DNA of 64,000 nucleotides from assembly GCA_965216875.1 (NCBI GenBank), contig OZ244207.1:4064001-4128000 (forward strand), read 5' to 3'. This stretch comes from Rubripirellula sp. Its GTDB lineage: Bacteria; Planctomycetota; Planctomycetia; Pirellulales; Pirellulaceae. The position numbers and the translations under genes were made by a program. Every line of letters starts with the position of its first letter. Position 1 is the first letter of the stretch. The notes beneath the pieces were generated by a model. It saw only the letters and a program-made list of their open reading frames with translations, did no database searches and was not told the DNA's origin. Shown one piece after another: positions 38,137 to 46,751 of the stretch.

Positions 38137-39114
38137 GTGAAAGCGATTGTGCGCGACCAATACGGTGGCCCCGAGGTATTGCGACTCGAAGAGATCGCAA
38201 CACCCGTACCAGATCCCAATGAAGTCTTGATACAAATCAACGCAGCCTCGGTCGCCAAAGGGGATTGGGAAATCCTGCGTGGCGACCCGTTTTGGGTTCG
38301 GTTGGTCGGCTTTGGCTTTCGCCATCCAAAGCAGCGAACGCTTGGCTACAACTTTGCCGGGCGGATCGAAGCGGTCGGTGAACAGGTTTCGCGTTACAAA
38401 CCGGGCGATCTTGTGTTTGGCGTTTGCCTGCACTCACGATTGGGAGCGTTTGCCGAACGTATTGCTCTCCCCGAGGACGCTGCGTTCGTGCACATGCCCG
38501 AAAACTTGGGGTTCGATCAAGCCGCGAGCCTCCCCGAGGCTGGATGCATCGTCCTGCAAGCCTTCCATCGCACGACTCAACTTGAATCGGGCCAACGTGT
38601 CTTGATCAACGGAGCAGGGGGCGGCGCCGGATCGTTGGCAATCCAATGCGCCAAATCGCAAGGGGCCATCGTCACCGCAATCGACCGCGGCGAGAAACTC
38701 GACTTCATGCGATCCATCGGAGCCGACGAGGTGATCGATTACACCCAGGCGTCGCAGGATTCGATCGATCAAACGTATGACGTGATTCTTGACGTCGTTG
38801 GCACAGGCTCGATCGGGACTTGGAACCGCATGCTGCGTCCACACGGACAGTACTTGGCTGCGGGTGGGAGTGTTTCTCAGATCATCAAGACACTAGCGCA
38901 AGGCGCGTGGTTTTCTGCGACCACGTCAAAACGACTTGGCATGTTGACAGTCTCGCCGACCAAAGAAGACCTGGAACTTCTCTGCAACTGGATCGCATCC
39001 GAGACCATCACGCCAACCATCGACCAAACCTTTTCGTTGGACGATGTCCCCGATGCGATCCGCTACTTGGGCGACGGCCGATCGAAAGGCAAAGTGGTGA
39101 TCGCCGTTGCTTGA
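38137..39114 (+). CDS. NAD(P)-dependent MDR-family oxidoreductase (quinone oxidoreductase-like)
   Basis: 'MKAIV..QYGGPEVL', 'G..FAG.IEAVG..V..YKPGD.VFG', 'VLINGAGGGAG..AIQ.AK..GA.V', 'GADEVIDY', 'GKVVI'. Confidence 0.92.
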   Translation: MKAIVRDQYGGPEVLRLEEIATPVPDPNEVLIQINAASVAKGDWEILRGDPFWVRLVGFGFRHPKQRTLGYNFAGRIEAVGEQVSRYKPGDLVFGVCLHSRLGAFAERIALPEDAAFVHMPENLGFDQAASLPEAGCIVLQAFHRTTQLESGQRVLINGAGGGAGSLAIQCAKSQGAIVTAIDRGEKLDFMRSIGADEVIDYTQASQDSIDQTYDVILDVVGTGSIGTWNRMLRPHGQYLAAGGSVSQIIKTLAQGAWFSATTSKRLGMLTVSPTKEDLELLCNWIASETITPTIDQTFSLDDVPDAIRYLGDGRSKGKVVIAVA

Positions 39115-39127
39115 GACTCTTGCGAGG

Positions 39128-40015
39128 TCACTCTTTTTCAACGTGCGATTTTGGCAACAAGCTAACCGTAAAGGTCAAGTTGTAAGGCGCATTGGTCGTC
39201 CGCGCTGCGTTGACCTGATCGCACTGCCAAACGAGTTGCCCCTGATGGGTTAGCTTCAAGGGTCGCCCGGTAAAACGCGCTACCGCGTATCGCCATTTGG
39301 GTTCTTGCTTGTCATCGATGAACGATTCAAGCAACAAAAAGAGCTCGGGATCGGTGCCCAGCACAAACGCAAAAATCGCTCCGTCAACGACACCTGCCTC
39401 GTCGCTTTTGTAGCGCAACAGCGGGCTGGGCATTAGCCGCAGTTGACTCGGTTGACTCGAATTGCGTTCAATGACTTCGGCACGAAAGCTTTTTGCGATT
39501 TGGCGCATCTGAACCAGACGCCGACTCTCTGCGATCTCCTTGCCCCATCCGGTGGCTTGCAACGTCTTGAATTGGATCCCAGGTTGCTGGCAGTGCCAGT
39601 CAGTCACTTGCCGATTCGGATTGCGACGTGTGGCAATCATTGCTGGTCGCTTCGCAACGACGGCTTGCTCAGACAGCGAATGCAGTTCATGAGAAACTTG
39701 TCGCAGCGTTTCGTCCGTCAAGTGATTGATCGACCAAACCGTACCGATCACCAAAGGTCGCCCGTGGAGTGTCCAGGCATAGACCGATCCATGTTGGTCA
39801 CGGTTGCGCACAGGGTTGGTGTATTTCAGAAGGGGCGTCGGATGCAGTTGCAGCACGGAGCCCTCTTTGTCATCCAAAGCGATCTCGTATCCGCCGGCGC
39901 GCTGGTCATAAAACCCCATCCACTTTTCGACGACATCGCTTGAGCCCTCTTCCTGGGCGCCAGCCATCGAGACGCTGCAAAGAACAAAGGCGACAAACAG
40001 CAATTTCGATTTCAT
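39128..40015 (-). CDS. Secreted hypothetical protein, paralog of 29548..30369
   Basis: Signal peptide (MKSKLL...AGA-QEE). Same conserved blocks, including 'DGAIFAFVLGTDPELFLLLE'. Confidence 0.85.
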   Translation of the reverse strand: MKSKLLFVAFVLCSVSMAGAQEEGSSDVVEKWMGFYDQRAGGYEIALDDKEGSVLQLHPTPLLKYTNPVRNRDQHGSVYAWTLHGRPLVIGTVWSINHLTDETLRQVSHELHSLSEQAVVAKRPAMIATRRNPNRQVTDWHCQQPGIQFKTLQATGWGKEIAESRRLVQMRQIAKSFRAEVIERNSSQPSQLRLMPSPLLRYKSDEAGVVDGAIFAFVLGTDPELFLLLESFIDDKQEPKWRYAVARFTGRPLKLTHQGQLVWQCDQVNAARTTNAPYNLTFTVSLLPKSHVEKE

Positions 40016-40092
40016 CCATCGACTCCATTGAGCAAAAATCAGACGCTACCGCTTATTTTAACCAGAGTGCGTCAGGGATCACAACGGTCGGG

Positions 40093-40942
40093 GACAAATG
40101 ACCGTGCGCGGACAAGAGAGACAGAAAGATAGGTGACACAAAAATGACCGGGGCAAGCAGACATCAACGACACAGTCGGGTCATTTTTTTGTCCTCCATC
40201 TTTTTGTCCTTTCTTTCTTTCACTGCATCGCGCGTTCACCGAGAAACTGATAATCCGTTCGTCCGAACGCGGTGACAAATGACCGTAAGTGGAAAAGAGA
40301 GGCAGAAAGATCGATGGCATAAAAATGGCTGGGGCTGGCAAACATCAACGACATAGCCGGGTCATTTTTTTGTCCTCCATCTTTTTGTCCTTTCTTTCTT
40401 TCACTGCATCGCGCGTTCAACAAGAAACTGATAATCCGTTCGTCCGAACGCGGTGACAAATGACCGTGCGCAGACAAGAGAGACAGAAAGATCGGTGACA
40501 TAAAAATGGCTGGGGCTGGCAAACATCAACGACACAGTCGGGTCATGTTTTTGTCCCCCATCTTTTTGTCCTTTTCTTTCTTTCACTGCATCGCGCGTTC
40601 ACCGAGAAACTGACAATCCATTCGTCCGAACGCGGCGCAAGTGACCGTGCGCGGACAAGAGAGACAGAAAGATCGGTGACATAAAAATGACCGGGGCAAG
40701 CAGACATCAACGACACAGCCGGGTCATTTTTTTGCCCTCCATCTTTTTGCCTTTTCTTTCTTTCACTGCATCGCGCGTTCACCGAGAAACTGATCATCCG
40801 TTCGTCCGAACGCGGTGAGAAATGACCGTAAGTGGAAAAGAGAGGCAGAAAGATCGGTGGCAAAAAGATGGCTGGGGCTGACACACAGCAGGGTCATTTT
40901 TTTGTCCCCCATCTTTTTGTCCTTTCTCTCTTTCGCTGCATC
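40093..40942. repeat. Tandem array of ~4.7 copies of a ~181-bp palindrome-containing unit
   Basis: Unit starts (ga[c/g]aaatgaccgt-like) at 40093, 40274, 40455, ~40637 and 40817. Each unit has a ~30-bp inverted repeat (gacagaaagat...aaaaatgacc / ggtcatttt...atctttttgtc). The four complete units also carry cgttcg-tc-cgaacg or a close variant. Confidence 0.93.
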
Positions 40943-40965
40943 CGGACGAAACGAGCCGATAGACG

Positions 40966-42081
40966 TCAACGATGTGGCGGCAAAAAGTCGTTCAGATTGT
41001 GTGGTCGCAGGTCTTCCCAGTTACCGGTTGCTTCAGGCTCAGGGTATTTCTCAAACAACTGATGTAGCGCCTCGCAACAAGCCTCTGATAGCCCCAGGAA
41101 AGGATAATCGACGGACTTTGAGAGTACGTGAACGAGTAGTCGCTCCGTCTCGGCATCGGCCATTCCCTGTTCGCCAACAAACTCAATGATGCTGCACATA
41201 TGGGAGGGAACGTCGGGCGTTGGTTCCCAGCCGTCAGCCCAAATCTCGATCCTCTTTGTCCATCTGGCGGCGAACTTCAGCAGTGGCGTGGCCGCATCAC
41301 TCCCTAAATCAATCAAGTAGCCCAATGGAGTTTTTGGGTTCACACCTGTCCGCTTCAATCCGGCATCGCTTCCAGACAAGGTCCCTTCGAGCACGCGTAG
41401 CCACTGTTCGATTTGCTCTTGCTTGTCAAAGGCCCCGATTCGTTCAACCATTTGTTCGACCACAACGTGCGTGGGTGTCACATCTGTGCGAACATCCCAA
41501 TCACGTTCCTTTCGCCCCATCAAGCCAAGTTGAGAAAGTAGTTCGCGCTTCTCATCGGGAATGGCGTTACAGATGTCTTCGTAGACGTCGCATCCATGAT
41601 CTGTTCCGTTGGCTGGGTAGGCGATGAATTCGTCCGCCACCTGCAAGTTCTCGGGCCAGAGAATGGTATTCAAGGTTTCGCAGAGCCGCGTTGCCATTTT
41701 CCGAGTCAACGTTGCATTCGGCTCGGCACAAAGTTGTTCGTAGAGTTTCGCGAGCAGCGGTTTGGTCGCGTCGGATCTTCCGAGAATGATCTCTGTCCCT
41801 CGATGGCTGTCCCAAATCATCCGGAGGGCTTCTTCACCAACACTACTAAGGATTTCCTCGCGTTCCCTTGCCGTGAGCGCATGACAAAGGAAATAGGCAG
41901 CCGGGGCGCACGTGTCGTAGTACTCAACGCGGAAACGCACGACCGGTGAAGCAAAGGCTAGCTTCGAAAACGCCCGCGCCGTCTCCTGCACGAGCGGCCC
42001 AACCAGCGATTCAATGAGCTGCTCTTGATCTGTCACAACGACTGCCCTCGACATTGATGCGATACATACCACCAGATTCAA
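40966..42081 (-). CDS. Hypothetical cytoplasmic protein
   Basis: 371-aa ORF filling the gap between the array and the KAP gene. No signal peptide and no recognised motif. Start may be nearer 42054. Confidence 0.7.
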   Translation of the reverse strand: MNLVVCIASMSRAVVVTDQEQLIESLVGPLVQETARAFSKLAFASPVVRFRVEYYDTCAPAAYFLCHALTAREREEILSSVGEEALRMIWDSHRGTEIILGRSDATKPLLAKLYEQLCAEPNATLTRKMATRLCETLNTILWPENLQVADEFIAYPANGTDHGCDVYEDICNAIPDEKRELLSQLGLMGRKERDWDVRTDVTPTHVVVEQMVERIGAFDKQEQIEQWLRVLEGTLSGSDAGLKRTGVNPKTPLGYLIDLGSDAATPLLKFAARWTKRIEIWADGWEPTPDVPSHMCSIIEFVGEQGMADAETERLLVHVLSKSVDYPFLGLSEACCEALHQLFEKYPEPEATGNWEDLRPHNLNDFLPPHR

Positions 42082-42211
42082 AGGACATTATTCTTGCATG
42101 GCCCTAACACGTGTACATCCACTATCGTTGATTTGCGATCACAAACTTCCATGACTAAATTCGCATCTCTTGGGAGAAAAGGCAGAGCCCGATCGATTGT
42201 GGGGGCGCGAG

Positions 42212-45028
42212 ATGGCGAAAAAGAAATCGGTTTCGAAATCGTTCGACTTGGCGTACGACACGGCACAGGGGGTTGGGCGGCGTCGACTTGCGTTGAGTCG
42301 CGAGCAGGTTTTGTGGGCCTGCTTGGGGACGCTCTTGGTCGTGAGTTCGACGTGGTACTTCACGACTCGAGCACCCTATCATGACGCCTATACCCGCCCG
42401 TCTCTCCTTAGCCTTGAGGGCTGGACTTGCCCAATCGAACACAATGCTCCGCAGCGACTTGTCCGCATCAATCAACACTTTCGCGATGTGATCGCTCCGT
42501 CTGGTACCACTGACGTTTGGGCCGTCGGTGAGAGTGGTGTGATTCTGCACAGTGATGACTCTGGAAAAACGTGGACGTTGCAACACCAATATCGCGAGGA
42601 CGCAACAGGCGGAGTGAGCAACTCAGCGTGGCCCGTTCATGCAGCCCACTTTTCGACCGATGGTCAATTTGGATTGGCTGTTGGCTTTGGAGGTGTCGCT
42701 TTGCGATGCCTCGATGGCGAGACTTGGACAGAGGTCGCCATTCCCGGGTTGCCGCGAGCCGTACTTGAAGGCACCAGCGGTGAAATTGCGAATGCTTTGC
42801 ATGACGTTCAGGTCATCGATCCGATGCACCAATGGATCGTAGGTGATAACGTCCTTTGCTACTCCTCCGATGGTGGTGACACCTGGACAAACGCCCGGAT
42901 TCCGCAGTTGGTCGGTGAAGCGAAAAGTGGCGGTTACGCGATCAGTGCTGTGTCGGCAAATGAGTGCTCGGTCGGAAATCAAGACGGCATTTATCGAACG
43001 ACCAATGGGGGTGTTAATTGGGTAGAAACGCTCCCTACCTCGAGGATCTTTTCGCTGAAGATCAACGGAGGATTCGGCCTGGCGACGGGCGAGCATTGGC
43101 AATCCGCGCCACTTCCCACGAAGGGAAAAGAGACCGTTAGAGCGGCACCCATCGACGAACTAATACCAGCGACTTTGGTGGCGCAAAGAGGTGAGACGAT
43201 AGCCGCGTCTCAGCCAGCCCAAACCTTTTGGAAGTCAACCAATGGCGGAACGGATTGGACTCCGATCTCGCCTGCCGTCGCTGGTGTTGAAGGGCCACTG
43301 CTTGCCGTGGACGTTAGCGAAACGGGAAACGGCTGGGCCGTCGGCGCACCTGGGCTTCTGCTGCGATCAATGGACAAGTTGAACACGTGGGAACAGGTTT
43401 CGATTCCCGTCGAATGCACACTTAACGCAGTTAGCTTTCGCGACGAAGCGAATGGCTGGGCCGTCGGCGATGACGGCACCATTTTGCATTCCGCGGATAG
43501 CGGTCAAACGTGGATACGCCAATCCCAAAACCTAGCAACCGTTTCAGCGGGAACCTACCGCTGGTTTCCCGGCATTGGCTACTACGTCGTTCTTGCTGTC
43601 TCGGCGTTCGTTTTTGTTCGCGTCCGTAATCCGGTCAGTCATACGGAAGTCCCAACCGATCCCATCGAGTCGATCGATACGCCCGGAGTCTCAGATCGAC
43701 CTCTCACATCTGACCGACCGGATCACCTAAATTTCCGCCCGCTGGCTCTGGCGATCTCACGTTTCATGCGTAACGAGGACACCGAACCACCGATCACGAT
43801 CGCAGTCACGGGTGGCTGGGGCACTGGCAAGAGCTCTCTGATGAATTTGGTACGCGAGGATCTCGAGCGACACGGTTTCCGTCCTGTTTGGTTCAACGCT
43901 TGGCATCATCAAAACGAAGAGCAGATGTTGGCTTCGTTACTCGAGAACATTCGCAGCAACGCAATTCCGCGTTGGCGCAATTTGGGCACTCGCCTTCGAT
44001 TCCGCTGGCGGCTGCTTCGCAAAAAAGCGGGTAATCAGATTTGGCTTGTTTGTGGATTTGTGGCGATAGGCGTGTTAGCAAGCTTGATCCCTGGACTGCC
44101 TGAACTGATTCGTTCATCCGTTCTGTGGCTCACTTCGTCAATCAAGGGCGAGCAAAGCACTCTCGCTGCGACCGAATCTGGGGTAGGCAACTCAGGTGTA
44201 AACCTCGTGTTTTGGACAACCCTGTTGGGAGTTACCGCTGCGATCTGGCGCGCTGTGACTGCCTTCGGAATGAACCCTGCCATGTTGCTCGCTCAGGTTT
44301 CGAATGCCTCAAAGATCGCTCAGTTGGGGGACAAACTCAGTTTCCGGCATCGCTTTGCCGAGGAGTTCAAAGTCGTAACATGGGCCCTAAAACCGCGCGC
44401 GCTCGTGATCATGATCGATGACCTTGATCGCTGCCGCCCCGAAAATGTCCTTGAGGTCCTCGAGGCAATCAACTTCCTAGTGACCTCGGGTGACTGCTAC
44501 GTCATTTGCGGCATGGCGCTTAATCGTGTGGAGCCATGCATTGGGCTCGGATTCGAACGCGTCGCCGCAGAAATGGATTCCGAAGATTCCTTCGACGGCA
44601 ACAGTGATGGCGAAGGCGAAGAACTGGACGAAGAAGAAAACGCTCGTCTCAGACGCAGGCAATATGCGCGGCAGTATCTTGAGAAACTAATCAACTTCCC
44701 AATCCCAGTCCCGCAGATGACCGAAACTCAGGCAAGAAGCCTCGTATCAAACGGTGAGGGTCTAGGGCCATCCGATGAAGAGCCAAGTCCTTCGATTCGT
44801 CGCTGGGCGAGAGAAGAGTTGGAAAAGCATTCGCGACTCCTCGCCGCCGCCGCGTTCCTGATGGTGGTAGTCATCATGTTTGTCATTTCAGCAAACCGGC
44901 GCAACGAAAACACCAAACAAACGCCCGAAACTACCACTGAACGAAGTAGCGTTGCTCCGCCCCCGGACCCCGAAGCCTCTTTCACTCAACGACATCCGCT
45001 CCCTCTAGCCCTCGGAGAACCTCGATGA
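42212..45028 (+). CDS. YCF48-like (BNR/Asp-box) beta-propeller fused to a KAP family P-loop NTPase, N-terminal part
   Basis: 'WAVGESGVILHSDDSGKTW', 'SSDGGDTW', 'TTNGGVNW', 'STNGGTDW', 'GWAVGDDGTILHSADSGQTW'; Walker A 'AVTGGWGTGKSS'; 'WFNAWHHQ'; two-TM insert; Walker B 'LVIMIDDLDRC'; 'YLEKLINFPIPVP'; final TM. Confidence 0.9.
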   Translation: MAKKKSVSKSFDLAYDTAQGVGRRRLALSREQVLWACLGTLLVVSSTWYFTTRAPYHDAYTRPSLLSLEGWTCPIEHNAPQRLVRINQHFRDVIAPSGTTDVWAVGESGVILHSDDSGKTWTLQHQYREDATGGVSNSAWPVHAAHFSTDGQFGLAVGFGGVALRCLDGETWTEVAIPGLPRAVLEGTSGEIANALHDVQVIDPMHQWIVGDNVLCYSSDGGDTWTNARIPQLVGEAKSGGYAISAVSANECSVGNQDGIYRTTNGGVNWVETLPTSRIFSLKINGGFGLATGEHWQSAPLPTKGKETVRAAPIDELIPATLVAQRGETIAASQPAQTFWKSTNGGTDWTPISPAVAGVEGPLLAVDVSETGNGWAVGAPGLLLRSMDKLNTWEQVSIPVECTLNAVSFRDEANGWAVGDDGTILHSADSGQTWIRQSQNLATVSAGTYRWFPGIGYYVVLAVSAFVFVRVRNPVSHTEVPTDPIESIDTPGVSDRPLTSDRPDHLNFRPLALAISRFMRNEDTEPPITIAVTGGWGTGKSSLMNLVREDLERHGFRPVWFNAWHHQNEEQMLASLLENIRSNAIPRWRNLGTRLRFRWRLLRKKAGNQIWLVCGFVAIGVLASLIPGLPELIRSSVLWLTSSIKGEQSTLAATESGVGNSGVNLVFWTTLLGVTAAIWRAVTAFGMNPAMLLAQVSNASKIAQLGDKLSFRHRFAEEFKVVTWALKPRALVIMIDDLDRCRPENVLEVLEAINFLVTSGDCYVICGMALNRVEPCIGLGFERVAAEMDSEDSFDGNSDGEGEELDEEENARLRRRQYARQYLEKLINFPIPVPQMTETQARSLVSNGEGLGPSDEEPSPSIRRWAREELEKHSRLLAAAAFLMVVVIMFVISANRRNENTKQTPETTTERSSVAPPPDPEASFTQRHPLPLALGEPR

Positions 45029-46599
45029 GTTGGATTCGCACAACAATCTTGCTGATGGGCGTTCTGGGATTTGGGCGCGTTAGCATGCCCGCGGAGGACG
45101 TCGAAGCCTTGATCGGGGGCTTCAAGCTGATACCACCCAAGCCCGCAATCGACGACGACTTGGTTATTCACTTCCAGCATGCCATCACTCGGGACGGGAC
45201 CGCAGACGAGGCCTCTCACGCAGAGGATACACCGAAGATCACTTTTCACGCATTTGTCGACAACCAACCAAAGGTGTCTCAGTCGATCGGCCCTGGAACC
45301 ATCTTGCTGAACAAGGTTGAAGAGGGACGTTTTACTGTTGTCGTTCAAGTCGCTGATGAAATGTCTGTCATCTCCTTTGATGTTGGACCTCAAAACGCGC
45401 CAACCGATTCGTCTTCTTCACTCCCCCATTCCATTGATGAAGACGCCCCGCCACCACCCGCCGAGGATGGCAACGTTATTGCTCCGACAAACTCAGCACA
45501 GGCCAATTCAGCGAGAGACTTGCCCAAACGCGACCACAACGAATCCTCCCCATCCGGGACCGACAACACGGTGGGAAACAGTGTTGGGCAAAACAACACA
45601 GGCACAACTGGATTCATCGTACGCCACGAGTTCCTAATCGATGCGACCAAGACAGCCGCTAGCCGCCTCAATCCCACGCAAACGCGGGAGTTGAAAAACC
45701 GCATCGACTCACTGCGACTGGAGATTGGATCCGGCGGATCTTCACACGGGGAACAATTCCGCAGAACGATCGCTCAATCGGATATGCGCGATACCGGGAC
45801 ACATTCCATCTGGCCGCGTGTCTACATCGACTTGCGCGACGGCATTTTGGCCGAATCGATTGACACCAACGACTTAGATGCCTGGCGACAAACGCTAAGA
45901 AAGATCAGCGACGCGTTGAACGCCCTGCTGCGGAGCGAAACTGGTTACTCGAATTCTGGCCAACTCAGGTATCCCGTGCCATTGACGGACCCAGTCGAAT
46001 ATGAGGCACCCGAGGATGGAACGCTGTTGGCTTGGTGGTTGCCCTTGTTTGCCTTGCTCGCGTGCGGTCTCCTTCTCGTGCAAGCAGCATCGAGGACGGT
46101 CGAACCGATCGTTCACGACTCACAAGACTTCAAAGAAGCCCTCGACATTTGGCATGATGTCATCGCGATCGATTGTCGAACTCCGCGTGCCTTCAAACGT
46201 TTCGTTAATCGGCTCCGATTTTCCGCCATGCGCATCCGACCTCCTGGCGCCGACCCAACGCACTTCGATCTGTTTACCGATTACTTTCGCAAGTGGATTG
46301 GCCTACCGACAAAAGCGAGTCAGCAACCCATCGCTTGGGACCAACTTGCGGGCAATGAAGCGGTGATCGTTGCACTCACCGCGATCTTGCAGGCCGACCG
46401 CACTTGGCTTGATGATGACCGCCACTGGTCTTGGTTACAAAGTGGTTGTAGCGGCCGCGCTCCTGCAGGCCTCGATCCAACACAACGCAACACCATCCGC
46501 GACGCCATCGCCATGCACAAAACGCACTTTGGATTTTGGTCGCCACATGACTCGCTTCGCGAGAGTCTTCGATCCGTTGCGGTCGAAGATGCGATTTGA
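45025..46599 (+). CDS. Membrane protein carrying the C-terminal helical part of the KAP NTPase
   Basis: ATGA overlap with the upstream stop; GGAGA at 45014-45018; signal-like N-terminus; TM 'LLAWWLPLFALLACGLLLV'; then 'TPRAFKRFVNRLRF', matching the KAP '[N/T]PR..KR..N' motif. Confidence 0.78.
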   Translation: MSWIRTTILLMGVLGFGRVSMPAEDVEALIGGFKLIPPKPAIDDDLVIHFQHAITRDGTADEASHAEDTPKITFHAFVDNQPKVSQSIGPGTILLNKVEEGRFTVVVQVADEMSVISFDVGPQNAPTDSSSSLPHSIDEDAPPPPAEDGNVIAPTNSAQANSARDLPKRDHNESSPSGTDNTVGNSVGQNNTGTTGFIVRHEFLIDATKTAASRLNPTQTRELKNRIDSLRLEIGSGGSSHGEQFRRTIAQSDMRDTGTHSIWPRVYIDLRDGILAESIDTNDLDAWRQTLRKISDALNALLRSETGYSNSGQLRYPVPLTDPVEYEAPEDGTLLAWWLPLFALLACGLLLVQAASRTVEPIVHDSQDFKEALDIWHDVIAIDCRTPRAFKRFVNRLRFSAMRIRPPGADPTHFDLFTDYFRKWIGLPTKASQQPIAWDQLAGNEAVIVALTAILQADRTWLDDDRHWSWLQSGCSGRAPAGLDPTQRNTIRDAIAMHKTHFGFWSPHDSLRESLRSVAVEDAI

Positions 46600-46751
46600 T
46601 CTTTCGCGACACCGCAACTCTTATTCAACGCATTTCGAGTGCAACAATTTACAGTACGATTGATTTTTCCGGCGCGTTACTCAGAATTGGTCTGTTGTTT
46701 TGAAGCACGTCTCGCCGCTTCGTTCGGCAGAATCCATCGAGAAAACACATT

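Noticed and set aside
40093..40942. CRISPR array
   Set aside because: Units are ~181 bp and similar along their whole length, with no unique spacers and no cas genes in the window.
40072..40969. Short repeated ORFs inside the tandem array
   Set aside because: The period is not a multiple of 3 and frames shift between units, so the ORFs are by-products of the repeat.
42212..43530. Photosystem II assembly function for the YCF48-like domain
   Set aside because: It is a generic BNR-repeat propeller fused to an NTPase, and there are no photosynthesis genes in the window.
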